DNA of 39,638 nucleotides from Candidatus Saccharimonadales bacterium (GCA_035510775.1 DATKGP010000008.1:1-39638), one strand, 5' to 3'; positions 23,801 through 33,876 are shown, counted from the stretch's first letter. Numbers and translations are program-made. The notes: a model not told the origin generated them from the letters alone.

Positions 23801-25051
23801 ATGGGGCTTTTTGGAGGGAAGAAAAAAAGGCAAGGCGACAACTGGGCGATTTCTCTGGATATCGGGACGGAGTTTGTGAAATGCCTAATTTTTGAAGTTA
23901 TTGAAGGCGAAGGTCATATCCGCGGCGTCGGCCGAGCGCGCCAGAAATTATCCGATATGCACGGTGGCGGGGTGACTGATATTCACGGCGTAGCCGCCAA
24001 CTGCGAGAAAGCCATTGAGGAGGCCGCCAACATGGCCCAGAAACTACCAGAAAAAGTTATCGTCGGTATCGCCGGCGAGCTAGTCAAAGGTTCGAGCACC
24101 AGCGTGAAGGTTAAACGCCTCAAGCCGCAGACCCAAATTCAGATGAGCGAGCTCCAGGATATTGTTAACCAGGTTCAGGCCGAGGCTTTCCGGGTCGCCA
24201 GAGCCGAGCTGGTCGAGGAGACCGGCCAAGAAGAGATCGATGTTCAGTTGGTCAACGCCGCCATCGTTTCGGTGGTGATTGACGGCTACAAAGTTTCCAA
24301 TCCGCTTTCCTACCAAGGTAAGGAACTGGCGGTCAACGTCTATAACGCCTTCGCCCCGATTGTTCAGCTGGGCGCTTTGGAAACGGTCGTCCGCGAGCTA
24401 GGATTGGAACTTTTGTCGGTGACGGCCGAGCCATACGCCGTCGCCCGCTGCTTGAACGAAGATTCAACCGATTTTGCCGCCACTTTTATTGATATTGGCG
24501 GCGGGACAACCGACGTGGCCGTAGTTCGTAACGGCGGCGTCGAGGGCACGAAGATGTTCGCCATCGGTGGCCGAGCCTTTACCAAACGAGTTGCCGCCGT
24601 TCTGGGCGAACCATTCGCCGCGGCCGAAACGGCCAAACTGGAATACTCGGCCGGGACTCTGGAAAAAGAAAAAGAGGCCTTGGTCAAACACGCTCTGGCC
24701 GGCGACGTTAAGGTTTGGCTGTCAGCCCTGCAGATTGCTCTGGATGAGTTTGGTGCTAGCGATTTACTGCCTTCGAAAATTTTGCTCTGCGGCGGTGGCA
24801 GCAATTTACCGGAAATTAAGCACACTTTAGTTACCGAAAATTGGACGGAAGGCCTGCCGTTCGCTCGTAAACCAGACGTCCAGTTTATAATGCCCAGTGA
24901 TGTCGGGGCGATGATTGACGAGACTAAGAGCCTGAAAGATATTGCCGACGTTACGCCAATGGCCTTGGGCAACGTCGCCTTGGATTTGGTCGGGGAATCG
25001 GGAATACTAGAGTCGTTGATGAAAAAAGCCATCTCGGGGGTAAAAAATTAA
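23801..25051 (+). CDS. ftsA: actin-like ATPase, cell division protein FtsA family
   Basis: Motifs ISLDIGTEFVKC, FIDIGGGTTDVAVV, FAIGGRAFT and ILLCGGGSNLPEI. The C-terminus has an amphipathic helix (ILESLMKKAISGVKN). Confidence 0.85.
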   Translation: MGLFGGKKKRQGDNWAISLDIGTEFVKCLIFEVIEGEGHIRGVGRARQKLSDMHGGGVTDIHGVAANCEKAIEEAANMAQKLPEKVIVGIAGELVKGSSTSVKVKRLKPQTQIQMSELQDIVNQVQAEAFRVARAELVEETGQEEIDVQLVNAAIVSVVIDGYKVSNPLSYQGKELAVNVYNAFAPIVQLGALETVVRELGLELLSVTAEPYAVARCLNEDSTDFAATFIDIGGGTTDVAVVRNGGVEGTKMFAIGGRAFTKRVAAVLGEPFAAAETAKLEYSAGTLEKEKEALVKHALAGDVKVWLSALQIALDEFGASDLLPSKILLCGGGSNLPEIKHTLVTENWTEGLPFARKPDVQFIMPSDVGAMIDETKSLKDIADVTPMALGNVALDLVGESGILESLMKKAISGVKN

Positions 25052-25081
25052 GTTAAAAGTTAAAGATAAGAGAAGCAATTC

Positions 25082-26893
25082 ATGAAACCCATTTATTTAG
25101 AACCCGACGAGGAAATCACCTCGGTTATCGACAAAATTAAGGCGGTCAGCGATCGCCAGCTAGCCTTGGTCGTGGCCAAAAACAGCCCGCTGGCTCAAAG
25201 CCTAGTCAATCTTAAACTAATCGCCAAAGAAGCCGACAGCCAAGACAAAGACTTGTGTCTAATTACCACCAACAAAGTCAGCGCCAAATTGGCGGGTCAG
25301 GTCGGGCTAAAAACCTACGCCAGCCTAGGAAGTGTTGGCTCGGTGGCTCGACCAGCTCCGTCGCCGAAACCAGAAAAGACTGAACTTCCGATGACTGAAG
25401 AAGAAAAGGCCTCTGAAAAATTGGCCGACGGCACGGTGGTTAACCAGTATCGGCCAGATGTACCGGTCGGTGATGAGGAGCCGGAGCTGCCGATCGTTGA
25501 ACCAGTCAAAGACGAACCGGCAGTCGAAGAGCCAGCGGCGGAGGAAATTGCCACCGAGCCAGCTGAAGGCGAAAGTGACTCATCGGAAGCTCTGCCGACC
25601 GCAGAAACTCTAGATGAGTCGGAAAAGGAAAAGAAAGAAGAAAAGGTAACACCGGAACCGATCAAGCCTCCAAAAATTGACGAGCCGGCCGAACTGCCGG
25701 CAGTCGTCAGCCGGACGATTAGCGTGGCTCCGACCGAGCACCGCGAGTTTCATTTCCCCTGGAAATCGGCGCTCATCGCCCTAGGAATTTTAATAATTGG
25801 GGCGGTCGCCATGGCCATTTTCTACCCACGGGCGACGGTGACAATTACTCTACCCGCCACCCACAAAGAGGCGACGCTACCGCTTAATATTAAAACCACA
25901 GTCGATAGCGACCCAGCCACGCTAGCCGGCAGCCTGCTAACGACCGAGAAGACCGCCAACTCTGCCATCACCGCCACCGGCAAAAAAGATATTGGTAGCA
26001 AGGCGACGGGCAACATTACAATTTATGATAAGGTTGGTGGATCGAATGTAACACTTACGGCCGGAACGGTTCTGACTACTGGTGGAAAAAATTACATTCT
26101 CGATAAAACCGTGGTAGTGCCAATCGCGACGGTTTCTGGAACTGGCACAATCGTTCCTGGTCAGGTTGCCGCCTCAATTACTGCCAGCACCGCCGGGGAT
26201 ACCTACAACGTCAGTAGCGCCACATTCAGTGTTGGTGGCCAAAGCTCGTCAATCTACGGCACTGGCTCAACGAGCGGTGGTTCGACCAAAACCGTTACCG
26301 TGCTCGCCCAAAGCGATATTGACACCGCCCTGACGGCCTTGCGAGCCCAAGTAACAACCGACGCCCAAACCGAACTAACCAGCAAAGCCCAAGGCCAGAC
26401 CATTCTGGGCGGCTCAATTTACCAAATTTCCAAAAAAGAAACGGTCGATCACGCCGTTGGCGACCAAGTTGATACCGCCACCGCCACCGTCGACTACCAG
26501 CTCGGGGTCTTGGCTTTCGATAAAAGCCAAGCCATCAGCAAACTAACCGATACACTTGGCCAAAGTCTGGCTACCAACCAAGAATTTCAGCTCAAAGAAG
26601 ATGCCCCGCCGACCCTGACTTTCAAGAGCTACTCGACCGACAATCAAACCATGGCAATTGAGGCGGCCGGTTCCGGTTACATTATCGCTAAAGTCGACAA
26701 AACCGCCGTTGCCAAACTAATTCACAACACTAGCAAGCCCGCGGCCACCCAAAAAATTACCGATACTTACCAGGCTGAAAAAGTTGATATCAGCGTCAAC
26801 CCCAGCTGGTGGTTTAATCGCTTGCCAATTTTAAGCGGAGCAATTAAGATTGACTTCGGTTACGATGCCCAGCAGCCCCCGGCCGCTCAGTAA
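25082..26893 (+). CDS. bitopic membrane protein of unknown function
   Basis: 603 aa. It has a cytoplasmic N-domain of about 85 aa (KPIYLEPDEEITSVIDKIK...), an acidic P/E-rich linker and one TM helix (ALIALGILIIGAVAMAIFY). The extracytoplasmic part is about 340 aa and T/S/G/V-rich, which suggests a beta-rich fold. Confidence 0.7.
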   Translation: MKPIYLEPDEEITSVIDKIKAVSDRQLALVVAKNSPLAQSLVNLKLIAKEADSQDKDLCLITTNKVSAKLAGQVGLKTYASLGSVGSVARPAPSPKPEKTELPMTEEEKASEKLADGTVVNQYRPDVPVGDEEPELPIVEPVKDEPAVEEPAAEEIATEPAEGESDSSEALPTAETLDESEKEKKEEKVTPEPIKPPKIDEPAELPAVVSRTISVAPTEHREFHFPWKSALIALGILIIGAVAMAIFYPRATVTITLPATHKEATLPLNIKTTVDSDPATLAGSLLTTEKTANSAITATGKKDIGSKATGNITIYDKVGGSNVTLTAGTVLTTGGKNYILDKTVVVPIATVSGTGTIVPGQVAASITASTAGDTYNVSSATFSVGGQSSSIYGTGSTSGGSTKTVTVLAQSDIDTALTALRAQVTTDAQTELTSKAQGQTILGGSIYQISKKETVDHAVGDQVDTATATVDYQLGVLAFDKSQAISKLTDTLGQSLATNQEFQLKEDAPPTLTFKSYSTDNQTMAIEAAGSGYIIAKVDKTAVAKLIHNTSKPAATQKITDTYQAEKVDISVNPSWWFNRLPILSGAIKIDFGYDAQQPPAAQ

Positions 26894-26898
26894 AATTG

Positions 26899-27333
26899 AT
26901 GAAATATTTAGGTTTGGATATTGGCAAGAAGAACATCGGAGTCGCTAGCGGCGAAATCATCGCCAGCGAATTGACGACTCTACGAGCCGGCAAAGACGAA
27001 AATTTTTACCAGTCTCCGGCCAAAGACCGAGCTTTTGAAGAAATCGGCAAACTCCTGCGTCAAGAGGAGGCCGATGCCTTGGTGGTCGGTCTGCCAGTTG
27101 ATGAGAACGGCCAGGATACCGAGGAATCCAAGCACATCCACCAACTGGCGTCCCAGCTTGAGGCGGAGCTCAACGTGACCGTTCATCTAACTAATGAAAC
27201 CCTGACTTCCTTTATGGCCGAGGACATTCTTTCCGAGCAAGGGTTAAGCGGCGACGAGGCCAAAAAGCGAATTGATCAGCTGGCCGCCTCGCTAATTTTG
27301 CAGCAATTCATCGAGGAGAATGCGGGTTCTTAA
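26899..27333 (+). CDS. ruvX: YqgF/RuvX putative pre-16S rRNA nuclease
   Basis: Motifs YLGLDIGKKNIGVASG and ALVVGLPVDENGQDTE. Confidence 0.88.
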   Translation: MKYLGLDIGKKNIGVASGEIIASELTTLRAGKDENFYQSPAKDRAFEEIGKLLRQEEADALVVGLPVDENGQDTEESKHIHQLASQLEAELNVTVHLTNETLTSFMAEDILSEQGLSGDEAKKRIDQLAASLILQQFIEENAGS

Positions 27334-28231
27334 AATCGTCGCGGTGACGTTGTTACTGCTTTTTCTGCTTGGGGCAGGGGCGATGATTTTCTTTTTGTCG
27401 CCGGCAGATTCCGGTAATATCGCTACAAAAATCGTCGTTATTGCTCAAGGCAGCTCTCGTGCCCAAATTGCCCAAGAGCTCTTCGACGCCGGGGTAATCA
27501 AGAATAATTTTGCCTTCTTTGCCTACACTAAGTTAGCGAAAGTTAACGCCATTCCTGGTACCTACGAATTTTCTCCTTCACTTTCCGGTTCAACCATCGC
27601 CGAAAAGCTGGCCAGGGGCGAATTCAAGACGATAAAAATCACCATCATTGAGGGTTGGAGGGCAACTGACATCGAAAGTTACCTGGTGAGCGAGAAGAAT
27701 TTGCCGCAAATGCAGGGCTTTGCCGCCAAGGCTGCCGGTGACGAGGGCTACCTTTTCCCGGATACCTACGACTTGCGTGTCGACATCACCATCGATGAGC
27801 TGATTGCCATGATGAAAAAGAATTTCAGCGACCGGACAGCCGGCCTGAACGTGACCCCGGATGCGGTTATCTTGGCCTCAATCGTTGAGCGGGAGGCGGC
27901 CAATGATAGTGAGCGAGCCGACATCGCCGGCGTCTACACTAATCGATTGAAAATCGGCATGAAACTGGAGGCCGACCCGACCGTTCAGTACGCCAAAGGC
28001 AACTGGAAAGCCGTGACCATCGCCGATTACACCGACACCATCTCGCCGTACAACACCTATCTTAACCCCGGTCTGCCGCCCGGGCCAATCTGCAATTCTG
28101 GCCTAAAAAGCATCCAGGCCGCCCTAAATCCAATCCAAAACGGCTACTACTACTTCTTCCACGCCCAAGGCCAGACCTATTTCTCGGTGACTTACCAAGA
28201 ACACGAAGCAAAAATCAAAAAATACTTTTGA
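27320..28231 (+). CDS. mltG: endolytic murein transglycosylase MltG (YceG-like)
   Basis: An N-terminal TM helix is present. Motifs are IIEGWR, EGYLFPDTY, LASIVEREA, EADPTVQY and YNTYLNPGLPPGPICN. Confidence 0.92.
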   Translation: MRVLKIVAVTLLLLFLLGAGAMIFFLSPADSGNIATKIVVIAQGSSRAQIAQELFDAGVIKNNFAFFAYTKLAKVNAIPGTYEFSPSLSGSTIAEKLARGEFKTIKITIIEGWRATDIESYLVSEKNLPQMQGFAAKAAGDEGYLFPDTYDLRVDITIDELIAMMKKNFSDRTAGLNVTPDAVILASIVEREAANDSERADIAGVYTNRLKIGMKLEADPTVQYAKGNWKAVTIADYTDTISPYNTYLNPGLPPGPICNSGLKSIQAALNPIQNGYYYFFHAQGQTYFSVTYQEHEAKIKKYF

Positions 28232-28260
28232 TTGATTTCCCGCCGCCTTTCTATTAGTAT
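28232..28260 (+). promoter_or_regulatory. sigma70-like promoter abutting the mreB start
   Basis: TTGATT (28232-28237), a 17-nt spacer and TAGTAT (28255-28260). ATG 28270 lies 9 nt downstream with no SD. Confidence 0.5.
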
Positions 28261-28269
28261 GCAAACACG

Positions 28270-29313
28270 ATGTTTAACCGCCTGTTAGGTTCATTTTCCC
28301 AGGATATCGGCATTGACTTGGGTACGGCCAACACTTTGGTCTACGTTCGTGGCCGGGGGATTGTCATTAATGAGCCGTCGGTGGTGGCGATTAATCAAAA
28401 AACCAAACAGATTCTGGCGATCGGTCACGAGGCTCAGATTATGGTCGGTAAAACCCCCGGCCACATTATTGCCACCCGGCCTCTAGTCGACGGCGTTGTC
28501 TCGGATTTTGAAGTCACCGAGCAGATGCTTCGGTATTTTATCGACCGCGTCCACCGTGAGCGGTTTTCCTTACTACCTCGCCCGAGAGTTTTAATCGGTG
28601 TCCCATACGGCGTAACCGAGGTGGAGCGGCGGGCGGCCGAAGAAGCGGCCATCAACGCCGGCGCCAAACAGGCCTTCTTGATTGAGGAGCCAGTAGCGGC
28701 GGCTATCGGTGCCCGGCTGCCGATTCAAGAAGCGACCGGCAGCATGATTGTCGATATCGGCGGTGGCACCACCGAGGTGGCGATTATCTCCATGGGCGGC
28801 ATCGTCGCCTCCCGGTCGATTCGCATCGCCGGCGACGAGATGAACCAGGACATTATTAATTTTGCCCGAGACAATTTCAACTTACTTTTGGGCGAACGGA
28901 CGGCGGAAAAAATTAAAATCGAGGTTGGCTCGGCCTACCCGATGAAAGAAAAACTAGAAAAACCGATGCGCGGCCGAGATTTGGTTACCGGCTTGCCGCG
29001 GGAAGTTCTGATCAACGACGAGCAGGTTCGCCGGGCGATTGCCAAGTCGGTGACGGCCATCGTCGAAGCCGTCAAATCGACCATTGAAGAAACGCCGCCG
29101 GAGTTGGTTGCTGACATTATGGAGCGCGGCATCGTCTTGTCCGGCGGCGGCGCCTTGCTTCGAGAATTGGACACTTTAATCTCCCAGGCGACCCAAACAA
29201 AGGTCTTTATCGCCGACGATCCGCTGACGGCGGTAGCCCGCGGCACCGGCGTTGTTTTGGAAGATCTAGAGACGCTGGATAGCGTCTTGTTGGGCAGTTC
29301 GCTCAAGTCATGA
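28270..29313 (+). CDS. mreB: rod shape-determining protein MreB
   Basis: Motifs DIGIDLGTANTLVY, NEPSVVA, VDIGGGTTEVAIIS and LSGGGALLR. Confidence 0.95.
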   Translation: MFNRLLGSFSQDIGIDLGTANTLVYVRGRGIVINEPSVVAINQKTKQILAIGHEAQIMVGKTPGHIIATRPLVDGVVSDFEVTEQMLRYFIDRVHRERFSLLPRPRVLIGVPYGVTEVERRAAEEAAINAGAKQAFLIEEPVAAAIGARLPIQEATGSMIVDIGGGTTEVAIISMGGIVASRSIRIAGDEMNQDIINFARDNFNLLLGERTAEKIKIEVGSAYPMKEKLEKPMRGRDLVTGLPREVLINDEQVRRAIAKSVTAIVEAVKSTIEETPPELVADIMERGIVLSGGGALLRELDTLISQATQTKVFIADDPLTAVARGTGVVLEDLETLDSVLLGSSLKS

Positions 29314-30107
29314 TTAACCGCCGGCGCAACCAACGTATTACTATTGGTGTTGTCATCGCCCTGCTAATCCTGGGGCAGTTTGTGTTCTTTCGGCCGGTTC
29401 GCGACACTGCCCGTAAAATTATCGGTTACCCAACTCGCTCGTTCCTAGTTTTGGGTCGAAAAATCTCTACCGCCGGCCATCTCCTGGTGTCAATCAACGA
29501 CTTATCGAAAGAAAACAACGCTCTTCGGAGCGAGAACAATCAGCTGATGGCCGAGCTTGGAACCTTAACGGCGGTTAAGGGCGAGAACGACCAATTACGT
29601 ACCGACTTGAACTTTGCCCAAAGCCGACCAGATCTGAAACTCACTCCGGCGGCTATTACCGACTATTCGCTCTTGGGCGGCTACCAATCGTTCACCATCG
29701 ACAAGGGCGCCAGCGACGGTGTCAAGGAGGGTCAGGCGGTGGTTTCCAGCGGCTATCTAATTGGCCGAGTCAATAAAGTCAGTGGCTCGACTGCCCAAGT
29801 TTTTCAACTAAGCAACCGTAACTTAATTACCCCGGTGACTTTGGTCGATACCCAGACGACCGGGCTGCTTAAGGGCAGTATCAGTGGCTTGATTGTGGAC
29901 AACGTGCCGGTCGATGCCAAAGTTGCAGCTGGTGAATTGATTACCACTTCGTCGCTGGAGGGGTTATATCCGGCGGGAATCGCCGTTGGTAAAGTCGCCG
30001 AGATTATCTCGCAGAAAGAAGCAATTTTTCTGTCGGTTCGGGTCTCTAACCCAATCAACGTGGCTTCATTGACGACAGTATATGTCGTTAGTCCGATAAA
30101 CAAATGA
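29310..30107 (+). CDS. mreC: rod shape-determining protein MreC
   Basis: The protein has an N-terminal TM helix, a coiled coil (NNALRSENNQLMAEL) and a beta-barrel region (GASDGVKEGQAVVS..LIGRV, GLYPAGIAVGKV). The gene overlaps mreB by 4 nt. Confidence 0.85.
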   Translation: MINRRRNQRITIGVVIALLILGQFVFFRPVRDTARKIIGYPTRSFLVLGRKISTAGHLLVSINDLSKENNALRSENNQLMAELGTLTAVKGENDQLRTDLNFAQSRPDLKLTPAAITDYSLLGGYQSFTIDKGASDGVKEGQAVVSSGYLIGRVNKVSGSTAQVFQLSNRNLITPVTLVDTQTTGLLKGSISGLIVDNVPVDAKVAAGELITTSSLEGLYPAGIAVGKVAEIISQKEAIFLSVRVSNPINVASLTTVYVVSPINK

Positions 30108-30580
30108 TTGTCCTACAAATAGTCCTGGCTCTAATTTTAGTGCCGATTGCCCAGGGACCCTTGGCTATCTGGCAGAGCTGGGGCGGGCCGAACATTATAA
30201 TAGTAGTCACCTGGCTGATTGTCTGGCTCTCCGATCGGGAGCACGGCCTATATTGGGCGGTTATTGCCGGGCTACTTCTGGATTTATTGGGTTTTACGGT
30301 TTTTGGTTTGTGGACGGCCACTCTAGTCGGATTGGTTCTTCTGATTGACTATCTTAAAATGCGGTTTTTTGAAGCCTCGTCGGTTATTCAAGCGGTCTTC
30401 GTCCTGATGCTTGCCCTGGTGGTGCAAGAGGTAATATTCTATTTAGCCAGCCTCCAAATCAATAGTTATTATGCCCTAATTAGTATTGCTTCCAGTGCTA
30501 TTTTGGGAGCGATACTCTATTATTTGTTGGCCGTGCGGATGCGGCTCTTTTTGCGCTGGGCCGGGCGGTGGCTAGCATGA
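30104..30580 (+). CDS. mreD: rod shape-determining protein MreD-like
   Basis: 158-aa polytopic membrane protein located between mreC and PBP2, with 4-nt overlaps on both sides. Confidence 0.6.
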   Translation: MIVLQIVLALILVPIAQGPLAIWQSWGGPNIIIVVTWLIVWLSDREHGLYWAVIAGLLLDLLGFTVFGLWTATLVGLVLLIDYLKMRFFEASSVIQAVFVLMLALVVQEVIFYLASLQINSYYALISIASSAILGAILYYLLAVRMRLFLRWAGRWLA

Positions 30581-32547
30581 TCAAAAAACTTTTCGCCTGG
30601 TTGAAAAAATCCCCAACTCGTCCCGGTGACACCGGTCTCTTCGATCCGTATCTACCGGTAACTAGTTTGAAGCCGTTAAGTGCCGATTATCGCACTAACG
30701 AGCTCGAAGAACCTTCCGTGGCTGATCAGAGCCTCCCAGAAGAGGAGATTGCCAAGGGCGATAATTTCTTAGCTTTCAAATTAATTGTCGCGGTAATCCT
30801 AACGGTTTTCTTGGTTCGACTGGTGGTTTTGCAGATTTCTCAAGGCCAGGCCAACTACGCCTTGGCCGAAGGCAACCGCTTGAAAACTGAACTAGTGCCG
30901 GCGCCAAGAGGACTAATTTATGACAAAAACGGCGTCGCCCTGGTTCAGAACGTTCCTAGCTTCGCCGTCGGGTTTCAAGTCGCCGATTTGCCGAAAAAAG
31001 CCGATCGGCCAGCCTTGTACGCCCAAATCGGAGCGGTTCTGAATCTCGATGCCAAGTCCGTCGAGCAGAAAATTACTGGCGTCCAGAACGAAGATGTGGC
31101 GGTATTGCTCGACGGCCTAACTCGTGATCAGGCTCTGACCTACGAACTTCGGGTTAATGGCATTACCGGCATCGAGGTAGTGACTCAAGCGGCTCGTCAG
31201 TACTCGTCGATGCCCAGTACCGGCCAGATTCTGGGATACGTTGGCAAAATTAACGCCGACGAAGAGAAGGCTCGGCCGGAGCTTCTGCCCAGCTCGACGA
31301 TTGGCAAAAGCGGTCTGGAGCAGTCATATGACCAATATCTGCAGGGCATCTCCGGTGCCGAAACGATTGAGGTCGATTCACAAAACCACGCCGTTCGCTC
31401 GGTCAGCAGCAAGCCGGCCGAACCTGGTAAATCGCTTATCTTGAGTTTGGATTCGAAACTTCAAGCCGTCACCGCCCAAGCCTTGAGCGAGTCAATCCAA
31501 AAGAGTGGGGCGGTTAATGGGGCGGCAGTGGCGATTGATGTCCGAACCGGCGACGTTTTGGCTTTGGTTAGTATTCCTGATTTTGATGCCAATGCCTTTG
31601 CCGACCCGACCAAACAAGCCGAGCGACAGCAGATTCTGACCAACCCGGACTCGCCGCTACTCAACCGGGCGATTGCCGGCCAGTACCCGTCCGGCTCGAC
31701 CATCAAGCCGGTTTATGCCAGCGCCGCCCTGGCTGAAAAAGTTATTTCTCCAACAACCAAAATTGACACTTCAGCCGGTAAAATCGTGGTTGGAAACTGG
31801 ACTTTTAGCGACTGGAAGACTCATGGCATCGCCGATGTCAAGCAAGCTATTGCCGAGAGTAATAACATATTCTTTTATACTATCGGCGGTGGCAACGGTC
31901 CGATTGGCGGCCTGGGCGTATCCAGGTTGGATAAGTATCTGACGAAGTTTGGTTTTGGCAAACCGACCGGTATCGACATTGTTGGCGAGGCTTCCGGACT
32001 GGTGCCGACGCCAGACTGGAAACAAAAAACCCAAGGTTCGGCCTGGTATCTTGGCGACACCTACAACCTATCAATCGGCCAGGGGGACTTGCTGGTGACG
32101 CCGCTGCAAATGGCCAACGCCACCGCCACTATCGCCAACGGCGGGACGATATATGCCCCCAAGCTCGTCAAAACCATTCTCAACAACGACGGCACAGTCG
32201 ATAAACAAATCAGTCCGCGAATTACCCAAACTAATGTTGTTGGCGATGACGTTCTCTCAACGGTACGTGATGGTATGCGGCTGACTGTCACTGGTGGTTC
32301 TGGCCGATCGTTAAACGATTTGCCCATCCCTGTGGCCGCCAAGACTGGTACCGCCCAGTTCGATATCGCCAAGGTTAAGACCCACTCGTGGTTTACGGCC
32401 TTCGCACCCTACGGCAACCCAGAAATCGCCGTGACGGTCATTGTTGAGGGTGGTGGTGAGGGCTACGCCGTGGCTGCTCCGGTCGCCAAAGATATGCTGG
32501 AACAGTATTTCAACCTGCCTCTAACGCCGATAGTGCCGGCGCCGTAA
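30577..32547 (+). CDS. mrdA: penicillin-binding protein 2 (elongasome transpeptidase)
   Basis: SxxK as GSTIKP, SxN as ESNN and KTG as AAKTGTA. ATG 30577 forms an ATGA overlap with the mreD stop; a GTG at 30568 is also possible. The cytoplasmic tail before the TM helix is about 65 aa. Confidence 0.92.
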   Translation: MIKKLFAWLKKSPTRPGDTGLFDPYLPVTSLKPLSADYRTNELEEPSVADQSLPEEEIAKGDNFLAFKLIVAVILTVFLVRLVVLQISQGQANYALAEGNRLKTELVPAPRGLIYDKNGVALVQNVPSFAVGFQVADLPKKADRPALYAQIGAVLNLDAKSVEQKITGVQNEDVAVLLDGLTRDQALTYELRVNGITGIEVVTQAARQYSSMPSTGQILGYVGKINADEEKARPELLPSSTIGKSGLEQSYDQYLQGISGAETIEVDSQNHAVRSVSSKPAEPGKSLILSLDSKLQAVTAQALSESIQKSGAVNGAAVAIDVRTGDVLALVSIPDFDANAFADPTKQAERQQILTNPDSPLLNRAIAGQYPSGSTIKPVYASAALAEKVISPTTKIDTSAGKIVVGNWTFSDWKTHGIADVKQAIAESNNIFFYTIGGGNGPIGGLGVSRLDKYLTKFGFGKPTGIDIVGEASGLVPTPDWKQKTQGSAWYLGDTYNLSIGQGDLLVTPLQMANATATIANGGTIYAPKLVKTILNNDGTVDKQISPRITQTNVVGDDVLSTVRDGMRLTVTGGSGRSLNDLPIPVAAKTGTAQFDIAKVKTHSWFTAFAPYGNPEIAVTVIVEGGGEGYAVAAPVAKDMLEQYFNLPLTPIVPAP

Positions 32548-32590
32548 AAACCAAGCTTAAATTCAGTTGAGATCGGCCATAATATTTTGT

Positions 32591-32623
32591 ATATTCTCAC
32601 AAAGTTTATGCAAAATATTCTCA
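32591..32623 (+). promoter_or_regulatory. direct-repeat candidate operator upstream of the PucR-family gene
   Basis: ATATTCTCAcAAA (32591-32603) and ATATTCTCAaAAA (32615-32627) lie 24 bp apart, start to start, inside a 171-bp AT-rich intergenic region. Confidence 0.35.
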
Positions 32624-32718
32624 AAAATGTCCTGAATCTCTAGACATTTAACGGCATTTTTGTAAGATACTACTAAGGTACTGGCAGATATAAAAATTTA
32701 CAGGAGGTTAATAAAAAA

Positions 32719-33876
32719 ATGTCACCATTTTTAATAAAAGAACTACACGAGCAGGTCAAGCGCGTAGTGTCACGCAAGATTGCCCTGACCGATCAGTTCG
32801 GTACCCCAATGACCGGCGTCAATGATTTTTCTAAAATCAAACAATTTGCTTTCGAGGAAAGCCCCAGCCAGGATCGCGAAAGCCTAACAATCGTCGACCA
32901 GCCGGACCTACGAGGCATCCCAATCTACTACGATGAGCAGCTGGTGGCGGTAGTTGTCGCCCAGTTCCCGGCCGAAGATATTCAGACCCGGCAGATTATT
33001 ACTAGTTTGGCGGAACTGATTATTCAACAGTTTATGGCCATGCACAAACCTCGCCCGGATGCTGTCGATTTGTTGTTGACCCGGCTGATTTATCGGCCGC
33101 AGACTATTGATCATGACGAACTTGGCCAGACCCTTTCCGCGCTTGGCTACAGTCTCGACCTTCACCGCTCGGCGATTATCATCGAGCTTAAGGGGTTTTG
33201 GGATAACTATCTTCAGACAATCGGCGAACCGCAGGCGGAGAAGCGCAGCCTAATCGCCGCCAAGAAAAATGACATCGAACGCAGCCTAAATAGCTTCTTT
33301 AGCAAAAACCAAGACAATATTATTGGTTACGTCGGTGGCAATCACTTCTTGGTGTTGAAAGATTTAACTTCAACCGACTACCAAAAATTTGTCGCCCTGA
33401 TGAAGAGCCATTACAAAGAGATTGTCGGCTCACTGAAGAATGTCTACATAAGTGAGGTTACCACCGGCATCGGCTCGCCGACCAACACTCCCGGCGGTTT
33501 GGTCGCTTCAATCGAAGAGGCCAAACAGGCGCTAGAAATCGGCAGCCGGCTCTTTAGCGTTGACGCCGTCTATCAAGTTGACAACCTCGGCGTGTTGCCG
33601 TTGATAATTTCTAGCACCACTCGTCAAAAGCAAGATTTCGCCTCTCGTCTTTTGAGCGATCTAGACGATCCGGAACTGCTGGAAACTTTGGAAGTATTTC
33701 TCAAGGCCAATCTGAACTTAACTCAAACGGCGGCCAAACTTAAAGTCCACCGCAATACCGTTATATATCGACTCGATAAAATTTCCGAGACCATTAACCG
33801 CGACCCACGGGAGTTCGTCGACGCCGTCGAGCTTTACCTGGCTCTGACTTTTCTCAAAGTCTTCCCCGGTCGTTAG
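32719..33876 (+). CDS. PucR/CdaR-family transcriptional regulator
   Basis: The C-terminal HTH is LNLTQTAAKLKVHRNTVIYRLDKI. The N-terminus is CdaR-like. AGGAGG lies 11 nt upstream of the ATG. Confidence 0.8.
   Translation: MSPFLIKELHEQVKRVVSRKIALTDQFGTPMTGVNDFSKIKQFAFEESPSQDRESLTIVDQPDLRGIPIYYDEQLVAVVVAQFPAEDIQTRQIITSLAELIIQQFMAMHKPRPDAVDLLLTRLIYRPQTIDHDELGQTLSALGYSLDLHRSAIIIELKGFWDNYLQTIGEPQAEKRSLIAAKKNDIERSLNSFFSKNQDNIIGYVGGNHFLVLKDLTSTDYQKFVALMKSHYKEIVGSLKNVYISEVTTGIGSPTNTPGGLVASIEEAKQALEIGSRLFSVDAVYQVDNLGVLPLIISSTTRQKQDFASRLLSDLDDPELLETLEVFLKANLNLTQTAAKLKVHRNTVIYRLDKISETINRDPREFVDAVELYLALTFLKVFPGR

Noticed and set aside
24364-25032. 222-aa minus-strand ORF antisense to ftsA, and similar long antisense ORFs at 20288-20719, 28935-29333 and 32061-32372
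   Set aside because: The translations are low-complexity and S/A/P/T/R-rich, which is typical of the reverse frame of GC-balanced genes. The sense strands carry unambiguous FtsA, AlaRS, MreB and PBP2 motifs.
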